Assembly: GCA_049426725.1 (NCBI GenBank)
Contig: JBMSYN010000004.1
Span: forward strand, 64,014 to 128,013
Reading direction: 5' to 3'
DNA length: 64,000 nucleotides
DNA from: Candidatus Kapaibacteriota bacterium
GTDB lineage: Bacteria > Bacteroidota > Ignavibacteria > Kapaibacteriales > UBA961
Position numbers and translations under genes: made by a program
Shown here: positions 1 through 10,700 of the stretch, one piece after another
Layout: the number at the start of each line of letters is the position of its first letter
Numbering within the stretch: position 1 is the stretch's first letter
The notes under the pieces: model-generated
Database searches by the model: none
Told to the model about the DNA's origin: nothing
The model's input: the letters and a program-made list of their open reading frames with translations, nothing else

Positions 1-339
1 TTCTTGTTCACGCATATTTGCAAAACCAAGTGATATGATTTTTGCATGTAATTGGGCAAGAGTGCCAGGCGCCATACCCAAACGGAGCATACGATAATAT
101 GCAGAATCCTGTTCGGGAGTGAATGTATTTTTTGAGCCCGGAATCAATGATTCATTGAGGGGAATTGTATCCCGAACCAAAGAATCTCCGGTAATTGTTT
201 GCAGAGGAGAGAGTTTGCGTGGCTTTTTGATAATGGTATTGATCTTATTGGAATCTTGCTGAGCCAATGCAGTGATTGACAATGTTTCAGAATAAAACAT
301 TGCAATGATTGTGGTGAATATGATGAACAAATTCCGCAA
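1..339 (-). CDS. Hypothetical secreted protein, 3' end of the gene cut by the window edge. Probable TTG start at 339; the first in-frame ATG is at 300.
   Basis: The minus-strand frame is open from about 339 to position 1 and runs off the window. The N-terminus LFIIFTTIIAMFYSETLSITALAQQ looks like a signal peptide. This frame is not in the ORF track because no stop falls inside the window. The listed ORF 144..353(-) is in another frame and looks spurious. Confidence 0.35.
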   Translation of the reverse strand, partial: MRNLFIIFTTIIAMFYSETLSITALAQQDSNKINTIIKKPRKLSPLQTITGDSLVRDTIPLNESLIPGSKNTFTPEQDSAYYRMLRLGMAPGTLAQLHAKIISLGFANMREQE

Positions 340-377
340 GACAAATCAACCATTGAAAATATTGAACAGGAAAAGAA

Positions 378-397
378 AGGCCGACTTAAGTCGGCCT
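378..397 (-). terminator. Rho-independent terminator downstream of the S1-domain gene
   Basis: Perfect 8-bp stem AGGCCGAC / GTCGGCCT with a TTAA loop, followed on the minus strand by the T-rich run CTTTCTTTTCC. Confidence 0.55.
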
Positions 398-407
398 ATG
401 ATCAATT

Positions 408-1823
408 TCAGTCTTTATTGGTCAATTCTGACCTTTGTTGTTCTGATAACATGTCGAGAAGAGTGATGGAAGGTGCTTCGGGGAGCGGACCACTAGGTTC
501 ATCTCTTTCTCTGGGTTCGCGTTGACCACGCGCCGGTCTTTGTGGGAGCGCATCCAATTCTTCTTGAGAATAAGCTGGTGCAAGGATGAGCGATTCTGTT
601 TCTCCATTGGAATCAATCACGACTGCACCGATTGAATCACCGACGGCAAATGCATTTTTTCCAGGTACAGGTTTAACTCTTCCCTTAGGGATGAAACCAT
701 CAAAATCTGCATTGACATCAACCAAGTACCCCTTGTCATGAACTTGTTTCACTGTTACAGTCGCTTGAGTTCCCGGTGCAAATGTTTCGGTGACTGTCTT
801 CCAAGGATTTGCTTGAAGGTGTTTGATGCTAAGTCCAACTCTCTTTTTTTCTTGAGAAGCATTGAGTATTGCAACTTCGATTGTTTGACCTTCTTTCATC
901 ATGTCTTGCGGATTGACATTTCTCTTGCCCCATGCAAGATCGCCATTGCGAAGAAGACCTTCAATGCCGGGTTGCAATTCGATATATGTACCGAATTCAG
1001 TGAAGCGTTTTACAACTCCTTTTACAACTGCACCTGTCGGATATGTTGTTTCAACTGAATCCCATGGTGAAGCAACAAAGTCTTTTGTGCTCAATCCCAT
1101 GCGTAATTTCTCTTTGTCGATTGAAGTCACAGTTGCCTTAACCGTATCGCCTTTTTTGAAGAGCGATGCAGGATCACCAACGCGGAAAGAAGCCATGCGA
1201 GACACATGTACCATGCCTTCAACGCCTTGCACATCAATGAATACACCGAAAGCAGTGATTGTAGAAACTGTCCCTTCAACTACATCTCCTTCTTTGATAT
1301 TGGCAAAGAATTTTTCGGAAAGTAATTTTTTTCTGCTTGCAACAACAGTTGCACGACCTTGCTCATCTTTTTGTATTTCAGAAATGTTGACCGTGAATGT
1401 TTTTCCAACGGCATCATTTAATTCTTCAACTTGAGGAGTTTTCTTGAGTCCAAAATGTGAAGCAGGCATGAAGAGGCGTAAGCCATTATAATTCAAACGC
1501 AATCCACCTTTTATTTTTTCAACAACAACCGCTTCGATTGTGCCACCTTCAGTGTGAATTTTTTCCAAAGTGGCAAGCATTTCCTCTTCAAGTTTTTTAC
1601 GCTTTTCGCGTTCTTCTTTGCGCTTTTCAGCAGCAGAAGGTTCTTGTTCGATCACCACTGATTTTGGGGATTCGGTAGTGGATGCATCTTGTTGTTCAGG
1701 GGAAGGCATTGCCGATGTTTCGGGCGCTTGCTCCGACTGAGTTGTATCTACAGGATTTTCAGTTGCTTGTTCCGCTGGAACAGATGGCATTTGTTCCTGA
1801 TTATTGATCTCTTGTTCGGACAT
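408..1823 (-). CDS. rpsA: 30S ribosomal protein S1-like protein with four S1 RNA-binding domains and an acidic low-complexity N-terminus
   Basis: Four repeats of the S1 fold signature, for example GDVVEGTV..FGVFIDV and GAVVKGVV..FGTYIELQPGIEGLL. A disordered E/P/S/T-rich N-terminus of about 90 aa is followed by a K/E-rich segment, EKRKEEREKRKKLEEE. Confidence 0.7.
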   Translation of the reverse strand: MSEQEINNQEQMPSVPAEQATENPVDTTQSEQAPETSAMPSPEQQDASTTESPKSVVIEQEPSAAEKRKEEREKRKKLEEEMLATLEKIHTEGGTIEAVVVEKIKGGLRLNYNGLRLFMPASHFGLKKTPQVEELNDAVGKTFTVNISEIQKDEQGRATVVASRKKLLSEKFFANIKEGDVVEGTVSTITAFGVFIDVQGVEGMVHVSRMASFRVGDPASLFKKGDTVKATVTSIDKEKLRMGLSTKDFVASPWDSVETTYPTGAVVKGVVKRFTEFGTYIELQPGIEGLLRNGDLAWGKRNVNPQDMMKEGQTIEVAILNASQEKKRVGLSIKHLQANPWKTVTETFAPGTQATVTVKQVHDKGYLVDVNADFDGFIPKGRVKPVPGKNAFAVGDSIGAVVIDSNGETESLILAPAYSQEELDALPQRPARGQREPRERDEPSGPLPEAPSITLLDMLSEQQRSELTNKD

Positions 1824-1984
1824 AATACGTACGCTGGACTAAATGATGAAATGAATGTTGGATAATTCAACATTCTAGCAATTGTAATGATGACAAAGAT
1901 ACGAAATAGAATATACAGGGCAAACATGTAAACATTGCAGTAAGAACTTGAATTGTTTGGTTTTGTGGGTTTGGAATCACCCAA

Positions 1985-4246
1985 TCAAGAATCGAGAATT
2001 TGCAATTTTGCGAATTTCAGCAATAGTTGCTTTCTACCGATGTCTTGAAACATCACTGTTGCCTGTCTTTTTTCTCCTTCGCCGGAGAGGAGTTGCACGG
2101 TTCCTACTCCAAATTTTTCATGGTAAACCTTCATTCCCGGGGATAATTCCGACTGTTCCGGTTCGATTTGCGAAAATGAGTCATCTATGCCTGACAAATC
2201 ATCAAAAAAAGGAGATGGCATCGGTGCTTTAGACTTTGGAGTGTGAACTCGAGCGGAGTCGCCATATCGTTGTGTGGATATGGGTGCATTAACATATTCA
2301 AGAGTATGTGGTGCAATCTCATTGAGAAACATCGAAGGTGCGGAGTAGGTCAATTCACCAAAGCGATAGCGTCTTTGTGCATAGGTGAGATAGAGTCTCT
2401 GTTCTGCTCGAGTTATGCCAACATAGAGCAATCTTCTTTCTTCTTCTTGTTCATCCGGATCTTGTTCTGCTCTACCCATGGGAAACAACCCTTGTTCCAT
2501 TCCGGCGATGAATACCACTTTAAACTCCAAACCTTTTGCTGCATGCATTGTCATCATTGCAATGCGTTCCTGTCCCATGTTGCTTTCATCAACATCAGAC
2601 ATCAATGCAATGAGTTGCAAATATTCTTCTAATGTGATCTCGGGATTTTTTCCATATTCTTCGGCAATATTGGAGAGCAATCGCTGAATATTATTCCATC
2701 TGTCTTGTGATTCTTCTGTGTCTTCATTCTTATACATGCGCAGAAGACCAGTTGCTTCGATATAAGTTTCTGCAAGTTCATGTGGATTCATTGCAGATTT
2801 CAACTCTTTAAATCGATGAATCATGCCGGTGAAATCCATTGATGATTGCACTGCTCTTTTTTGTAGATCCGGCAATGTGGATGCTTGTTCAAATGCTGAG
2901 AAAAGCGAAATGGATTGAGTATTCGCGAATTCATTCAACTTTCGCAATGTTGTGGGGCCAATCCCGCGAGATGGTTCATTGATGATTCGCAGTAAACTTT
3001 CAGAATCATCAGGATTACACAGTAGTCGAAGATAAGCAAGTGTATCTTTGACTTCTTTTCTCTTATAAAAAGAAACTCCACCGATGATTGTATATCCAAT
3101 TCTTCCTGAGCGCATGGCATCTTCGAGAGACATTGACTGTGCATTTGTGCGATAGAGAATTGCGATGTCTTTTGATGAAACGCCATTTGTGTACATTTCA
3201 TGTTGAATCAATCGCATGATTTTATCTCCTTCTTCTCTGTCATCTCTGGTTTCAATCACTTTAATGAGATCCCCTTCAGGATTTTCCGTCCACAATGTTT
3301 TTTTCAACTGCTTTGAATTTCTAGCAATCACGGAATCTGCCGCTGCGAGGATCATTTGTGTGGAGCGATAATTTTGCTCGAGTTTTACTGTGACTGCTTC
3401 GGGATAATCTTTCTGAAAATCGAGAATATTTCGGATATCAGCTCCACGCCAGCGATAAATACTTTGTGCATCATCTCCAACGACACAGAGATTACGATGT
3501 CCACCAGCAAGTAAATTCACTGCAATGTATTGTGCTCTGTTTGTATCCTGATATTCATCCACCATCACATGGGAAAATCTCTGTTGATATTGTGCTTTGA
3601 TTTCAGGTGAGAGACTAAGCAGTCGGATGATATTGAGGAGGATATCATCGAAGTCCATCGCATTATTGATGCGGAGTTTTTTTTCATATTCCTTGAATAT
3701 CACACCTGTTTGTTTTTCATGAATATTTTGTGCTGAAGCCTGATATTCTTGCCATGAAATCATCATGTTTTTTGCATGCGATATTCTTGATCTGATGCTT
3801 TGCGGTGTGAATTCTTGCGCAGAAATTCCAGCATCCTTCATGAGTTGCCGAATGATGCTGAGGGTATCGTCAGTGTCATAAATAGTAAAGGAGGGTGTAA
3901 ATCCAATTTTTTCTGCTTCTATCCTTAGAATGCGTGCGAAGACGGAATGGAATGTTCCTGCCCAGATATATTTTGCTTTTGATTCTCCAACAAGGTGTGC
4001 GATGCGAGATTTCATTTCTTCTGCTGCTTTGTTTGTGAATGTCAAAGCAAGGATTGAAGATGGTTGAATGCCTTGTGAAAGCATATATGCTATGCGATAA
4101 GTCAGGGTTTTGGTTTTGCCGCTTCCTGCACCTGCAATAATCAATACCGGGCCATTGATATGTTTGGCGGCTTGTTGTTGAGCCGGATTCAATTCATCAA
4201 TGAAATTCTTTGATGATTCTTCGGATGATTGTGGAACTAATTTCAT
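1985..4246 (-). CDS. uvrD: ATP-dependent DNA helicase of the UvrD/PcrA family
   Basis: Walker A AGAGSGKTKTLTYRIAYM and the UvrD helicase motifs throughout, with a C-terminal VYHEKFGVGTV tail typical of UvrD/PcrA. The start is placed at the MKLVPQ ATG, 15 codons inside the longest ORF, to match the usual N-terminus before LNPAQQ. Confidence 0.85.
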   Translation of the reverse strand: MKLVPQSSEESSKNFIDELNPAQQQAAKHINGPVLIIAGAGSGKTKTLTYRIAYMLSQGIQPSSILALTFTNKAAEEMKSRIAHLVGESKAKYIWAGTFHSVFARILRIEAEKIGFTPSFTIYDTDDTLSIIRQLMKDAGISAQEFTPQSIRSRISHAKNMMISWQEYQASAQNIHEKQTGVIFKEYEKKLRINNAMDFDDILLNIIRLLSLSPEIKAQYQQRFSHVMVDEYQDTNRAQYIAVNLLAGGHRNLCVVGDDAQSIYRWRGADIRNILDFQKDYPEAVTVKLEQNYRSTQMILAAADSVIARNSKQLKKTLWTENPEGDLIKVIETRDDREEGDKIMRLIQHEMYTNGVSSKDIAILYRTNAQSMSLEDAMRSGRIGYTIIGGVSFYKRKEVKDTLAYLRLLCNPDDSESLLRIINEPSRGIGPTTLRKLNEFANTQSISLFSAFEQASTLPDLQKRAVQSSMDFTGMIHRFKELKSAMNPHELAETYIEATGLLRMYKNEDTEESQDRWNNIQRLLSNIAEEYGKNPEITLEEYLQLIALMSDVDESNMGQERIAMMTMHAAKGLEFKVVFIAGMEQGLFPMGRAEQDPDEQEEERRLLYVGITRAEQRLYLTYAQRRYRFGELTYSAPSMFLNEIAPHTLEYVNAPISTQRYGDSARVHTPKSKAPMPSPFFDDLSGIDDSFSQIEPEQSELSPGMKVYHEKFGVGTVQLLSGEGEKRQATVMFQDIGRKQLLLKFAKLQILDS

Positions 4247-4314
4247 GAAAAAAGAGAGAGTAGTGTTATAAACAATGAACCCCGGATGCAATCTACGGAA
4301 TTGATGTTGACCAA

Positions 4315-4342
4315 AATAAAAAAGGCGATCAATCAGATCGCC
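4315..4342 (-). terminator. Rho-independent terminator downstream of the TonB-dependent receptor gene
   Basis: 7-bp stem GGCGATC / GATCGCC with a 5-nt loop. The minus-strand reading is followed by TTTTTATTTT. Confidence 0.55.
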
Positions 4343-4362
4343 TTAGATGATGTTTGAGTGGA

Positions 4363-6765
4363 TTAGAATTCCACATTAAGACCTATTGATGGAAGAATTC
4401 CGGCTCCGGCGAAGTTCACAACGCCTTTGCGCAATCGTTGATCGAATCGAAAATTATTTGCATTTTTTCGATTGTAAAGATTTTGAATGTCTATATATGT
4501 GATCAGCAAAAATCCCTCGAAATTCCATCGTCTGTCGAGTCTGAAATCCATTGCATGAAAGTCAGGCAATCTTTCACCTGCATTATATTCGGCAAAATTC
4601 AACTGACCATATTGCGGAGAATTTGGATCTTCGATGAATGGTGTACTTGGAGCACCTGTTGAGTATCTAAATTTTGCACTGATTTCCCAATTCTCATTGA
4701 AGCGATATCCTGCTGCGATATTGAATATGACTCGTGCATCAAAAGCTCCCGCTCTTTCGATGCCATCCAATCCTGAAAATCTGGATTCATTAATCGTCAC
4801 GCTCATTAGTCCATACAGTGGAATCTCGCCCATCTTTTTTTGTATGAACGCTTCGATGCCTCGTGCAAAACCTTTGGAAGAACTTATGAGTGGTTCAAGA
4901 CCAAATGGGATATCATTTTGCACATCATCGAAACCTGCAGGTGCAAGAACAGCTTGTGGCCTGAATGCTCTTGCGGCATAATTGCCATACCACTTATAAT
5001 ATCCTTCAATTTGAAACTTGAGATCCGCCGCCAATTGCAATTCATAGCCAAGCACGATTTGATCTGCTCTGATGGCTTTGAGTTGTTGTTGATTTGAAGG
5101 ATCTCCCATGAGCCAGATGAATGATGGAGATTGATAATATCGTCCTATGCTCAAGTTGATTGTAGAAACGGGATTGAGAGCATAGGATAATGTCATTCTG
5201 GGTGACAAGTATGTTGTTTCAACAAGAAAATCAAAATAATCCAAACGCATCCCAATTGTTGCTTTCCATGCATCTGAATTGAGAACCAATGTGGCATGAG
5301 TGGCATTGCGAAATGCTGTAAAACTACTGTCAACGGAAAGTCCTGTAGGTTTGCCTTCAAGATTTCTTCTGAATCGAGGATCCAAGAATAAATCATAATC
5401 AAGCAAGGAAGCATATTTTACAATATTTCCCACGATGATCTCAGTACCTGGTGAGAGTTGTAAAAACAGATCTGTTCTCAAACTATTCTCACCTTCTTTT
5501 GAAGAATTATTGAAGAGTGTTGCTAGAGTTGAATCTCTTTGTGCGGTATTGAATGCAGAATATGTTCTTCCGAGTGTGAAGAGTGCATACCCATTCATCC
5601 CGGAACCCGTGATAAGATGTTTCCAAGTCAATCCTGAAAAGTATTGATCCTGGCTGGGAGAATTAATCCTCGAATTGGAATATCGATCTTCTTCATCATC
5701 ATTGTTGAATGTTACTTTGTCAAGCGCACCAATTGTCAAGAATGAAAGAGAATTATTTTCATCCAATCGATAAGAAATCTTGGTTTGAAAATCCCAATAG
5801 TCAGGAATGAAACTAAATCCAAGAGCTTTGAATAATAAATCGAGATATGATCTGCGGGCACTGACAAAATATGAACCTTTATCTGATATAGGCCCTTCGG
5901 CGATTATCCCAAAGCCCGTTGCAGAAAAGTTGACTTCTCCACCAAAGCGTTCTTCATTCCCTTCACGAAGAGAAATATTTGTGAGAGAAGAAACACGATC
6001 ACCAAATCTTGATGAAAATCCACCTGCGCTAAAACTCACTTCGCGCACAAAGTCGATATTGATGAGTGATAAAGGGCCGCCGGTAGAACCTTGCGATCCA
6101 AAGTGATTGATATTGGGAACTTCTATATTGTCAACAACAAATAAATTCTCAAAAGGTGCACCACCGCGAACGATAAGATCATTTCTTCCAGCGCTTGTCA
6201 CATTCACGCCGGGTAATAAAGCAACGGCTCTGATTACATCTTCCTGCACACCTGGGGCTCTGCGAACATCTTCGGAATTGAGGAGTTGAGTGCTTGTAAT
6301 TGTTTCCGGACTTCTTTGAAAATAACTTGCTTCAACTTCTGTTTCTTCCAATCGAACTACAGATTCACTGAGCAATGCTGTGATTGTTGATGGTTTACCC
6401 GAACTGATTGCTATGTCTGATAAAGTTCTTGATTCGAAACCAATCGCACTAACCTTAATGCTGATGATGCCCACAGGTATGGATCGCAAAGTAAATTTCC
6501 CTTGAGCATTGCTTCTTGTTCCGATTTTTGTTCCATTCACAATTATCGTTGCACCACCAATAGGAGATTGTGTTGATCCATTCAGAATTGTTCCCGAAAG
6601 AACGCCGGTGACTGTCTCATCGATTTTCTCTTTAATGATTGTGTTGGTGATTTTACTGTTGTCATTTTGCGGATTATTTGGATTATCCTGAGCTTGAACA
6701 GAAAAGAAGAAGATAGGGAGGAGAATGCTGCACAAGAGCAGGAAAGGAGCTTTTAATATTTTCAT
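4363..6765 (-). CDS. TonB-dependent outer-membrane receptor with an N-terminal carboxypeptidase-regulatory-like domain
   Basis: Signal peptide MKILKAPFLLLCSILLPIFFFSVQAQ. A CarbopepD_reg-like beta-sandwich (GTILNGSTQSPIGGATIIVNGTKIGTRSNAQGKF) is followed by a plug and a long barrel region, and the protein ends in the aromatic terminal residue F (GLNVEF) typical of TonB-dependent barrels. Confidence 0.85.
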   Translation of the reverse strand: MKILKAPFLLLCSILLPIFFFSVQAQDNPNNPQNDNSKITNTIIKEKIDETVTGVLSGTILNGSTQSPIGGATIIVNGTKIGTRSNAQGKFTLRSIPVGIISIKVSAIGFESRTLSDIAISSGKPSTITALLSESVVRLEETEVEASYFQRSPETITSTQLLNSEDVRRAPGVQEDVIRAVALLPGVNVTSAGRNDLIVRGGAPFENLFVVDNIEVPNINHFGSQGSTGGPLSLINIDFVREVSFSAGGFSSRFGDRVSSLTNISLREGNEERFGGEVNFSATGFGIIAEGPISDKGSYFVSARRSYLDLLFKALGFSFIPDYWDFQTKISYRLDENNSLSFLTIGALDKVTFNNDDEEDRYSNSRINSPSQDQYFSGLTWKHLITGSGMNGYALFTLGRTYSAFNTAQRDSTLATLFNNSSKEGENSLRTDLFLQLSPGTEIIVGNIVKYASLLDYDLFLDPRFRRNLEGKPTGLSVDSSFTAFRNATHATLVLNSDAWKATIGMRLDYFDFLVETTYLSPRMTLSYALNPVSTINLSIGRYYQSPSFIWLMGDPSNQQQLKAIRADQIVLGYELQLAADLKFQIEGYYKWYGNYAARAFRPQAVLAPAGFDDVQNDIPFGLEPLISSSKGFARGIEAFIQKKMGEIPLYGLMSVTINESRFSGLDGIERAGAFDARVIFNIAAGYRFNENWEISAKFRYSTGAPSTPFIEDPNSPQYGQLNFAEYNAGERLPDFHAMDFRLDRRWNFEGFLLITYIDIQNLYNRKNANNFRFDQRLRKGVVNFAGAGILPSIGLNVEF

Positions 6766-6966
6766 GATTCACTTATTGGATGAGCAAAAAGATCAAAACA
6801 CAAAAGATTACAAAACTAGTTCCACTTTAGATATGAGAATGAAAAATGGAGAAGTTTTCCACAGATGTGATTGCGAATGATTTCAATAGTCAGTTAGAAT
6901 GTATTTTTGCTTTGCAATAGATTGAGTGAATATTCTTTGCTATGCAGCATATTATCCGAATCATCA

Positions 6967-7560
6967 ATGTCCCATCAAGACAAAGTGAGAGTCGCCATTT
7001 TTGCATCAGGATCCGGCAGCAATGCAAGGGCTTTGATTGAGTTTTCACAAAATACCGCCGCTTCCTACAGGATAGTAGCTATTATATCAAACAAGGAAAG
7101 TCCCGGTGCAAAGCTCATAGCGGAACAATTTGGAGTTCCATTTGAATATGTATCGGATTCAGGAAATGCGGAAGCATTGACATCGATGTTACAAAAGTAC
7201 AAGGCAGAAGTCGTTGCTTTGGGGGGGTATATGAAATTATTACCCTCTGACTTTGTGGCAGGTCACATTGGAAAAATCATCAACATACATCCCTCATTAT
7301 TGCCTGATTATGGAGGCAAAGGCATGTATGGGATCCATGTTCATATGGCTGTTTTCCGAGATAAAAAGCCATTTACAGGCATAACTATACACTTTGTTGA
7401 CGAAGAATATGATACTGGATCTGCGATTGCGCAGGCAAGAGTGGACATTGCTGAAATGGACACTCCAGAGAGCATTGCCGCGAAGGTCCGGGAAACAGAG
7501 CATTTGGTGTATCCGATGGTGCTTGATCATTTATGTCAAAGAATTTATTCACAGTCATAA
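6967..7560 (+). CDS. purN: Phosphoribosylglycinamide formyltransferase
   Basis: VAIFASGSGSNARALIEF, the IINIHPSLLP motif, and an overall length typical of PurN. The first ATG of the ORF is at 6967. Confidence 0.9.
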   Translation: MSHQDKVRVAIFASGSGSNARALIEFSQNTAASYRIVAIISNKESPGAKLIAEQFGVPFEYVSDSGNAEALTSMLQKYKAEVVALGGYMKLLPSDFVAGHIGKIINIHPSLLPDYGGKGMYGIHVHMAVFRDKKPFTGITIHFVDEEYDTGSAIAQARVDIAEMDTPESIAAKVRETEHLVYPMVLDHLCQRIYSQS

Positions 7561-7603
7561 ATTTTCTTTTGGTGAATTCAATCTTTCTTGTCAATTTACG
7601 CCC

Positions 7604-7628
7604 GATTATGCATTAAAATAGCATAATC
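7604..7628. promoter_or_regulatory. Inverted repeat GATTATGC-N9-GCATAATC upstream of the giant T9SS cargo gene
   Basis: Perfect 8-bp inverted repeat in the 150-nt leader of the 7713 gene, a candidate operator. Confidence 0.3.
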
Positions 7629-7712
7629 TGTGTTGATTTATCAGCTCATGTAATGAAAAATTCATATCTAAATAATTGTAATTATGTATCACTTTTGCAT
7701 AGGGTTCTTCAT

Positions 7713-10700
7713 ATGAAGAAACGAGTTCTCATTGCACTGTTGGCATTCTTTGCGGCGAGCATGGCCGTTTATGCTGGCGGTAAGGAAGATGGGACGCTGA
7801 GAAAAAGCCGATTCCCGGCTACATTCCCTCAGCCGTTCACCAATTTTCCGGCACTCAACAATGCAAATAACAGCCGTCCGAACAATTCGGCACATGCTGT
7901 TTCCACCGGTTATTATGTAGTCGATTCCGACGATGATGCCGGTGATTTTTGGCGTCCCAATTTGGATCGTGCTTTCTTAAATAGATTGAACGATACTGAG
8001 CCTTCCGAACTTATCAAATGGAAGCAGATCACTACTGGTCCTAATCAATCATTTGATGTTTCTGAGGGTCGTCCGCAATTCCGCAATCCCGGATCTCCGA
8101 ACCTTACCGATTCTACAGACAATGCATTTGCAGGTCCCATTAGAATTGGATTCCCATTCTTCTTCAATGGGGTTCGTTATGACAGTTTTTATGTTTCAAC
8201 GAATGGTTTGGTATCACTTTCCAGTTCACGCTATGAAGTGAATTCTGTTGGAACAAGAACAGGATACAATTTATACCGTGATGATTTATTTGCAAGACCT
8301 GCATCAGGTAATCCTGCAACTGATCCAGTGGCAGATGATTATGGTATGAGACTTGCAACTGGTGATTTTACCACAGTTCCTTCAGCAGGTCCACCGGCTA
8401 TTCTCATTGGTAATACCAGTGCAACCGGAGGAATTCGCAGTACAGGAGCAGCTTCATTGGCAGGATTGGCTGGTGATATTGCAAATGCCCCAGTTATTGC
8501 TCCAGCTTTTGGAAACTTGCAATTGTCTCAAAATCCTGACCTCCCAGAGGAAAACCGAGGAATGGTTTGGTACAAAAGAGCTGACAATCCTGATGGAACT
8601 CGCCGTTTGATTATTTATTTCCAGAATGTTGCTCCTATTGGTGCTTGGGCCTCCGGAGTTGGTGGTCCAGTTACATTCAACAAGGATGATCAGAGAATTC
8701 TCGCAAATTTCCAAGTTACGCTTGATCAGGCTGATTCATCAGTCTATTTCTATTATGAGCGTTTGGAAGGTGCTGTGGTTGTGAACGGTGTATCTGTTTC
8801 TGCCGCTGCTTTCTTCCGTATGAACACTACCATTGGCGTAAATGGAACAGCAAGAAACTACAATTATAAATTCCCGAATTGCCAATCAAATCTTACACAA
8901 ACTGAATTCCAGACTGCTCCTCGTCAATACACACAGTATTTGTCGAGAGGAAACTATCCCGGTTCAGATGTGTCAGCTCAATTGCTTGGTCCAACCGGTC
9001 ATGGTTCAAACACACCTGCAAATGGTTTGGCTATTCGCTTCAAGCAATGGCGCAATGTAGTTCGCGTTGTTCCTGAGCAGATTCGTTATTTCGGTCGTGA
9101 ATTGCAAGCAACTGCAAATCTTGATGCTTATACACGTGAAATCGTAACCCCTGAACCAGAATTGTTTGCAGGTCATCCACAGCTTGGCGCTATTCGTCCA
9201 TCAGCTATTTTCCAAAATATGACTAATGACATTCAAGGTCCTGGCGTAAGTTTGCCTGCTCGTCCTTCCGGTATTAATTATACCAATCAGGATTTGAATT
9301 TCCGTGTACGTATGCGTATCATCAATCAGGCAACAGGACAAACTGCATATTCTCGTTCAGTACCTATTGGTATTGGATGTTTGACAGGAAATTGTCCTCC
9401 TGATATTGATGCATCAGTACAATATGGATGGCTTTCAGGTGGTTCTGCAACAGGAGCATTCTTGGCTGCAGGTGGACAAGGAACAGGTATTCCTCCATTC
9501 CCAGGTACAGGCGCTTGCCCATTGACAGGAATCCCTCCCTATGGTATCGTACGTGTTCAGTTCCCACCATTTGAGCCAAATGAACTTCTTGACTTCCAAG
9601 TTGGACGTTTGAGATTGTTTGTATTCTCAGAAGGTGTTGACTCGATCTATCGTTCACTTGGTGATCAGTGGCCATTTGATGACACTGTTTCCAGAAACCT
9701 CTATGTAATGCGTCGTCTTTCATTCTTGAATAGCGATGGCTTTAGTGATGATGCCAATGAATATTATGTGATCAATGGTACACCAATGCCTTCAGTATTG
9801 AAGTGGGTGAACTATGAAGCAGAAGTTTCGAATGGTGATGAAGAAACATATAATCCACCACCGCCAAGATGGGCAGTAGGTGAAGTACCAGGTTCATTGG
9901 TAACAGCGAAGAATCGTTCAACATTCAAAACAGCTTCTCCTGTTATCAAATTGAATCGTGTTACGCTTGATGGAAATGATCCAACTCCAAGCCCTGGTGG
10001 TGATCAAATTCGTTCATTCCCAATTGATATTCGTCATTTGCCAAATCGCAAAACACAAGGTTCGATTTTGACGATTTCATATCAGAGAACAGGAAATAAA
10101 GGTGACTTTGGTCGTGGTTGGGCTGATGCAACAATCGTTGGTCCTGAACCACGTGTTATCTTCAACGGTGTTGCTACAAATCTTGCAGCTCCTGGTACAC
10201 CTGATGAATTGAGACTTGAATATGCTCGTCCTTCTACAAATGGTATAGAGAATATTGCTCGCCAGTTCAATAATGCAACTTCTGATATCGTATGGAATGT
10301 TCACAAGCGTCGCGTAGGTGCTGCTGTAACAGACAACTATGTATTTACAGTGTTTGGTGCTGGTGGTACACGCCTTGGATATCTACCGGATGATAAAGAC
10401 TCTGCACTCACACTTGCTCAAGGTTTGCGTTCAGATATTTATGATGATGGGAAAGATGTTGAATTCAATAAGATATTCTTTAGAATACCTGATTCTCTTA
10501 TCTTCTCCCCAAATGAATCTGCAAAAGATTTCCGTTTTAGACTTTCAGTCAATGCCCGTAGACATACATCACCACCACAACCTCAGGATGATGATGATGA
10601 CTTCTATGTTGACAATATTAAGTTGATTTATACAAACGAATCTCCTGATATTGAGATGTCTCTTGTGCAAGTATTGTGGCCTTATGAAATAACACCTGCA

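Noticed and set aside
144-353. 69-aa minus-strand ORF from the six-frame track
   Set aside because: Its composition is not protein-like. A different minus-strand frame is open over the whole 1..339 region, with a signal-peptide-like N-terminus, and is the more plausible gene.
738-1434. Plus-strand ORFs of 106 and 177 aa inside the rpsA-like gene
   Set aside because: They are antisense shadow ORFs within a well-supported S1-domain CDS.
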